NCBI GenBank assembly: GCA_964016885.1
Contig: OZ024755.1
Coordinates: 4,712,001 to 4,776,000, forward strand
Length of the DNA stretch: 64,000 nucleotides
Direction of reading: 5' to 3'
From: Eledone cirrhosa
Lineage: Eukaryota
Part shown: in pieces, positions 58,924-64,000 of the stretch
Position numbering within the stretch: position 1 is the first letter of the stretch
Layout: every line of letters begins with the position of its first letter
The notes under the pieces: generated by a model
The model's input: only the letters and a program-made list of their open reading frames with translations
Database searches by the model: none
What the model was told of the DNA's origin: nothing
Position numbers and translations under genes: made by a program

Positions 58924-59842
58924 AGGTGAGTTTTATTGTAGTACAATAAAGCAATGCAGATATCGGATAAGTAGCACTCTACAGTTTGTAGGACTGGAGT
59001 ATAAATAATATACTATTATTAAATAATATACTATATATTATATTATATTATATATATATATATATATATAATGTTGTTGATACATCGTTAAAACCTAACA
59101 GAAAACTATAAACGAATTAATTTGAGAAATGTTAATAGTAATAATAATTGTTTCTACTTTTGGCACAAGGTCAGCAATTATCCAGTGTATTACTGGTACT
59201 TTATTTTATCGACCCCGTAAGGATGAAAGCCAAAGCTAACCCCGGCTAATAATAATAATAATGGTTTCTTGATTAGCCACAAAGGGCTTACATTAAGAAG
59301 ACAATAAGGACGGTACAGTACAGTGTAGTTTTTTTGTGTGAGGGAAATGTTTATAAAGAAGAATTTAACAAAAAACCATTAATAATAGTAATAGTAGCAT
59401 CTGGTGTTGGATTTCTAGTCAGTTCTAACCATTTTACTAATACCTCGATTTCAGCACCCATCATTGAAAAATCACACTCAATACGTGATCGATAGAAAGA
59501 GAGATATCATATGATCGATAAACCGTAGAATAAACGTCATTCATTTTGGATTCACTTTTAATATAAAGTGAAAGAAGGTTCATGTTTGTCGAAATTCTTG
59601 GATTTATCGTCAAAGCAATGAAATGTCTTCTTTGTTCTTTATTTAGAATATCTGTCACCACAGTGTTGTTAAAAGGTGTTAGGCTTTAAATAAAAGATGT
59701 TACTCCAGATGAACGACCAAACAGACGTCGGCATTTTGATAGATTTCTAGATTTTAAGTTGTTTACTGATACAAAATACGATATATATATTTATGTATAT
59801 TTCGAAACCGATTTGAATTTTGCGTGTGTGTATGTATGTATA

Positions 59843-59888
<46 letters not shown>

Positions 59889-60279
59889 CAAATAACCTGA
59901 CCTTTGCCATATATATATACAAATATATATATATTTGAACAAATTTCATAAATTCCACTTTTAAAAAATAAATTGTCCCAGGAATGCTACCACTTAAAAT
60001 AAAATTTTTCCGCAGATAGATTAGCAAAATTTAATAAGTGGTGGGGTTAGAATAAGTATGGGAAGGGGGGGGGGGATTATTTGAGACCCAAGAGAATAGG
60101 TGAAATCACACATACAGATTAAGTGTATATTATGCAATGCACTAATGGTCGTTATTTGTGATTTTAATCATACAAGTATGATCCTTATGAAATACTTTGA
60201 AAGGGGATGAGTATGTGTGAAGTCCGAATGAGTTTCTTCCACCTTCAACTATCTTATCCTCTACCTCTTGGTCCCAGCT

Positions 60280-61775
60280 GACATCTGGAGAATATATTGC
60301 CCTGGAGAACAATGAGGGAGATGTACTGGAACAGCAGGGCTCGCACCTGCGGGCAGCCAACTCTGCTTTGATAGCAGTGAGCAGGGGTGTGGTCTGGAGG
60401 CCAAGAATGCCAGAAGTCTCCTCTGCTACAGACTCTACCACAAACCTATCACATGAGCAGGGATGTGGTCTGGAGGCCAAGAATGCCAGAAGTCTCCTCT
60501 GCTACAGACTCTACCACAAACCTATCACATGAGCAGGGATGTGGTCTGGAGGCCAAGAATGCCAGAAGTCTCCTCTGCTACAGACTCTACCACAAACCTA
60601 TCACATGAGCAGGGATGTGGTCTGGAGGCCAAGAATGCCAGAAGTCTCCTCTGCTACAGACTCTACCACAAACCTATCACATGAGCAGGGATGTGGTCTG
60701 GAGGCCAAGAATGCCAGAAGTCTCCTCTGCTACAGACTCTACCACAAACCTATCACATGAGCAGGGATGTGGTCTGGAGGCCAAGAATGCCAGAAGTCTC
60801 CTCTGCTACAGACTCTACCACAAACCTATCACATGAGCAGGGATGTGGTCTGGAGGCCAAGAATGCCAGAAGTCTCCTCTGCTACAGACTCTACCACAAA
60901 CCTATCACATGAGCAGGGATGTGGTCTGGAGGCCAAGAATGCCAGAAGTCTCCTCTGCTACAGACTCTACCACAAACCTATCACATGAGCAGGGACGTGG
61001 TCTGGAGGCCAAGAATGCCAGAAGTCTCCTCTGCTACAGACTCTACCACAAACCTATCACATGAGCAGGGATGTGGTCTGGAGGCCAAGAATGCCAGAAG
61101 TCTCCTCTGCTACAGACTCTACCACAAACCTATCACATGAGCAGGGATGTGGTCTGGAGGCCAAGAATGCCAGAAGTCTCCTCTGCTACAGACTCTACCA
61201 CAAACCTATCACATGAGCAGGGATGTGGTCTGGAGGCCAAGAATGCCAGAAGTCTCCTCTGCTACAGACTCTACCACAAACCTATCACATGAGCAGGGAT
61301 GTGGTCTAGGGGCCAAGAATGCCAGAAGTCTCCTCTGCTACAGACTCTACCACAAACCTATCACATGAGCAGGGATGTGGTCTAGGGGCCAAGAATGCCA
61401 GAAGTCTCCTCTGCTACACACTCTACCACAAACCTATCACATGAGCAGGGATGTGGTCTAGGGGCCAAGAATGCCAGAAGTCTCCTCTGCTACAGACTCT
61501 ACCACAAACCTATCACATGAGCAGGGATGTGGTCTAGGGGCCAAGAATGCCAGAAGTCTCCTCTGCTACAGACTCTACCACAAACCTATCACATGAGCAG
61601 GGATGTGGTCTAGGGGCCAAGAATGCCAGAAGTCTCCTCTGCTACAGACTCTACCACAAACCTATCAGGGAGTGGCTGATACTTGAACAGTTTGCCCTCT
61701 TCAGCCTGACAGGCGGCAGAGCCTGGGCTGGTAGCTAAATGCACCAGGTTGCCAATTCAGAACCATTTAATTCAA
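60280..61775 (-). mobile_element. Second, degraded copy of the RLE retrotransposon, split by an internal 76-bp tandem expansion
   Basis: The minus strand gives LVHLATSPGSAACQAEEGKLFKYQPLPDRFVVESVAEETSGILG..LLTAIKAELAARRCEP, which aligns with the 4837-5238 ORF. Confidence 0.75.
60378..61667. repeat. 76-bp minisatellite x17, near-identical units
   Basis: Unit TGAGCAGGGATGTGGTCTGGAGGCCAAGAATGCC...CCTATCACA. Confidence 0.97.
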
Positions 61776-62272
61776 ACCATCTGTTCAATTCCACCAAATA
61801 ATTTTAAAAGAATGTTCAATTTGAGATTCTTGTGATAAAAGGCATCACTGTTTTATTAAAAATACTTTTTATAGCATCTTTCAGTTTAAATAAATTAGAA
61901 CATCAATTTCAATTTTGGGATAATTTATTCTGGAAATACAAAAGTTTGGTTACCTTTTGGGGGTGAGAGAGAGGGGAGGGTTCTTATGTCTCTTGGTGTG
62001 AGAGACAGAGAGGGGGGGTTCTCATGGGAGAAAGAGGGAGAAAGAGAGAGACAGACAGACAAAGAGGGGGAGACGTTCTTATGTCTCTTGGGGTAAGAGA
62101 GAGAAAGAGTGTGTAAGAATGTTAAAATGGTTCTAAATGGCCGATGAGTCATCTAAGACCTTAATATTCCATGTCCCAGATTGGAACCATTGTTTCATTC
62201 AACTCCTTTTCTCTCCTCAAAGATATATTTTATTGTCAGCTCTTGTGTCACGAATGATGTTCTCTACCACCA

Positions 62273-62274
<2 letters not shown>

Positions 62275-62312
<38 letters not shown>

Positions 62313-62720
62313 TCTCTCTCTCTCTCTCTCCCCCTTCATCTCTCTTGCTCTCTCTCACACGCACAAAACTCATGTACTCTCCACAACCCTCTCTTTCTCT
62401 CTTTCCCTTCATCTCTCTCTCACTTTCTCTTCATCTCTCTCTTCCCTTCATCTCTCTCTCTCTCTCTCTTTCCCTTCATCTCCCTCTCTCTTTCCCTTCA
62501 TCTCTCTCTCTCTTTCTCTTCATCTCTCTCTTTCCCTTCCTCTTCATCTCTCTCTTTCCCTTCATCTCTCTCTCTCTCCCTTCATCTCCCTCTCTCTTTC
62601 CCTTCATCTCTCTCTCTCTCTTTCCCTTCATATCTCTCTCTCTCTTTCCCTTCATATCTCTCTCTCTCTTTCCCTTCATCTCTCTCTCTCTCTTTCCCTT
62701 CATCTCTCTCCCTCTCTCAC
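62275..62720. repeat. CT-rich compound repeat
   Basis: (CT)n-TTCCCTTCAT units. Confidence 0.85.
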
Positions 62721-63472
62721 ACACACAACTCATGTGTTCTTTGACATGTTTCATGCTCACATGCAGAAAAAAAATAAAATAAAATAAAAATGAAAGTCAG
62801 TGACATTTAGCTATTAAGTTTCAAGGTTCTAACGATTTGTAATCCCCCACCCCATCCCATAGTACCCCCACTCCCCACTCCATAACATATTTCTTCATTT
62901 CTATCACTCACACACATATAAACACATAAAGTATATGTTAGTCAGAGGCAGATGTAGCTCATAGATAATTCCCTTGAATAATATCAGTTATATTTTTTTT
63001 AGAGGCTTTCATGCTTGGCAACAAACCCAGTGCTGTAACTAGAAGGATTTTTAGGGAGTAGGAAGATGGCTGCTCCCTTTTAAACATTTTCCTCAAAAGT
63101 GGCATCTTTTTTAGAGGCTTCATGCTTGGCAGTAAACCCAGTGCTGTAACTAGAAGGATTTTTAGGGAGCAGAAAGATGGCTGCCCCTGTTTAAAACACA
63201 TTCTTCAAAAGTAGCGCCTTTTTTTCATAGTTCTTTTTTTTTCAACTTAGTAGATTTTTTTGTGTGATAAAAGTTGAATCTTGGGAATTTCTTGGGAATT
63301 TCTTGAGAATTTCTTGAGAATCTTGGGAATTAAGTTTATGGTCTGAAACACAAGGTTTTCAAAACAAACAGTTGGCAGTCTGATTCATTTTAGCTTTTGT
63401 GCATGACCCAAACAGCATGCAGTAATAAAGTTCTATAAAATTTAATATAATATATTATTGTTTAGAGGCAAA

Positions 63473-63662
63473 TTAAGGTTTAGAGTTGGGGGTTAGGGTT
63501 GGTGTTATGGTTAGGGTTAGTGGTAGGGTTGCATTTAGGGTTAGGGTTAGGTTTAGTGGTAGGGCTGCATTTAGGATTAGGTTTAGTGGTAGGGTTGCAT
63601 TTAGGATTAGGTTTAGTGGTAGGGTTGCATTTAGGGTTGGGGTTGGTGTTATTGTTAGGGTT
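63473..63662. repeat. Degenerate interstitial telomere-like (TTAGGG) repeat
   Basis: TTAGGGTTAGGGTTAGG mixed with a 30-bp higher-order unit. Confidence 0.7.
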
Positions 63663-64000
63663 TATGAGACAGGATGATCATGGCTGGAAAGTTGTAGCAC
63701 TTGAATTTTCTTTGCACGTGTACATGACTCATATGTTTAACGCATGCACAAAAACCTATATGAATGAGATTGTCATCTATTTGTTTTGAAAAACTTTCTG
63801 TTTCAGACTGTAAAGTCAAGGATAATGAGAATTAAGTTGCTTTTTCATTTTATGGGAATATTACATTATATCTATTGTTGAGATTGCTTAAAAAACTATC
63901 ATAGATTTATTGTTTTTTAATAAAGAAAAACTGGTAAACAAGGGAAGCTGTAAAGCAGCTAGAAGTTTCTGTTGTTGAATCTTTTCATGACCTCCATGTA

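Noticed and set aside
60378-61667. CRISPR-like regular array and repeated 73-aa ORFs
   Set aside because: There are no unique spacers; it is a pure tandem repeat derived from a LINE in a eukaryotic intron.

Overview
AT-rich, repeat-dense animal genomic DNA. The SINE, RTE and MITE content and the gene divergence suggest a cephalopod, probably an octopus (inference). Two host genes lie on the + strand. (1) The 3' two-thirds of a CFAP54-like gene: 42 GT-AG exons from 395 to the stop at 40483, which join phase-consistently into 2182 codons plus the stop, with AATAAA at 40575. (2) The first coding exon (48399-48462) of an srGAP-like gene, whose first intron appears to run past the window end. Introns and intergenic DNA hold tRNA-derived SINEs, RTE/CR1 LINE fragments, two fragments of an RLE-endonuclease (CRE/R2-like) retrotransposon, a truncated mariner, piggyBac/hAT/pogo/mariner-like MITEs and many minisatellites. 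The most notable observations are: minimal hammerhead-ribozyme motifs in short elements at (TA)n tracts; an RLE endonuclease cassette that could splice in-frame as an alternative last exon of CFAP54; tandem arrays built from real 3' splice sites; several near-perfect fold-back palindromes; and inverted MITE pairs bracketing exons. All homology calls come from recalled motifs, not database searches.
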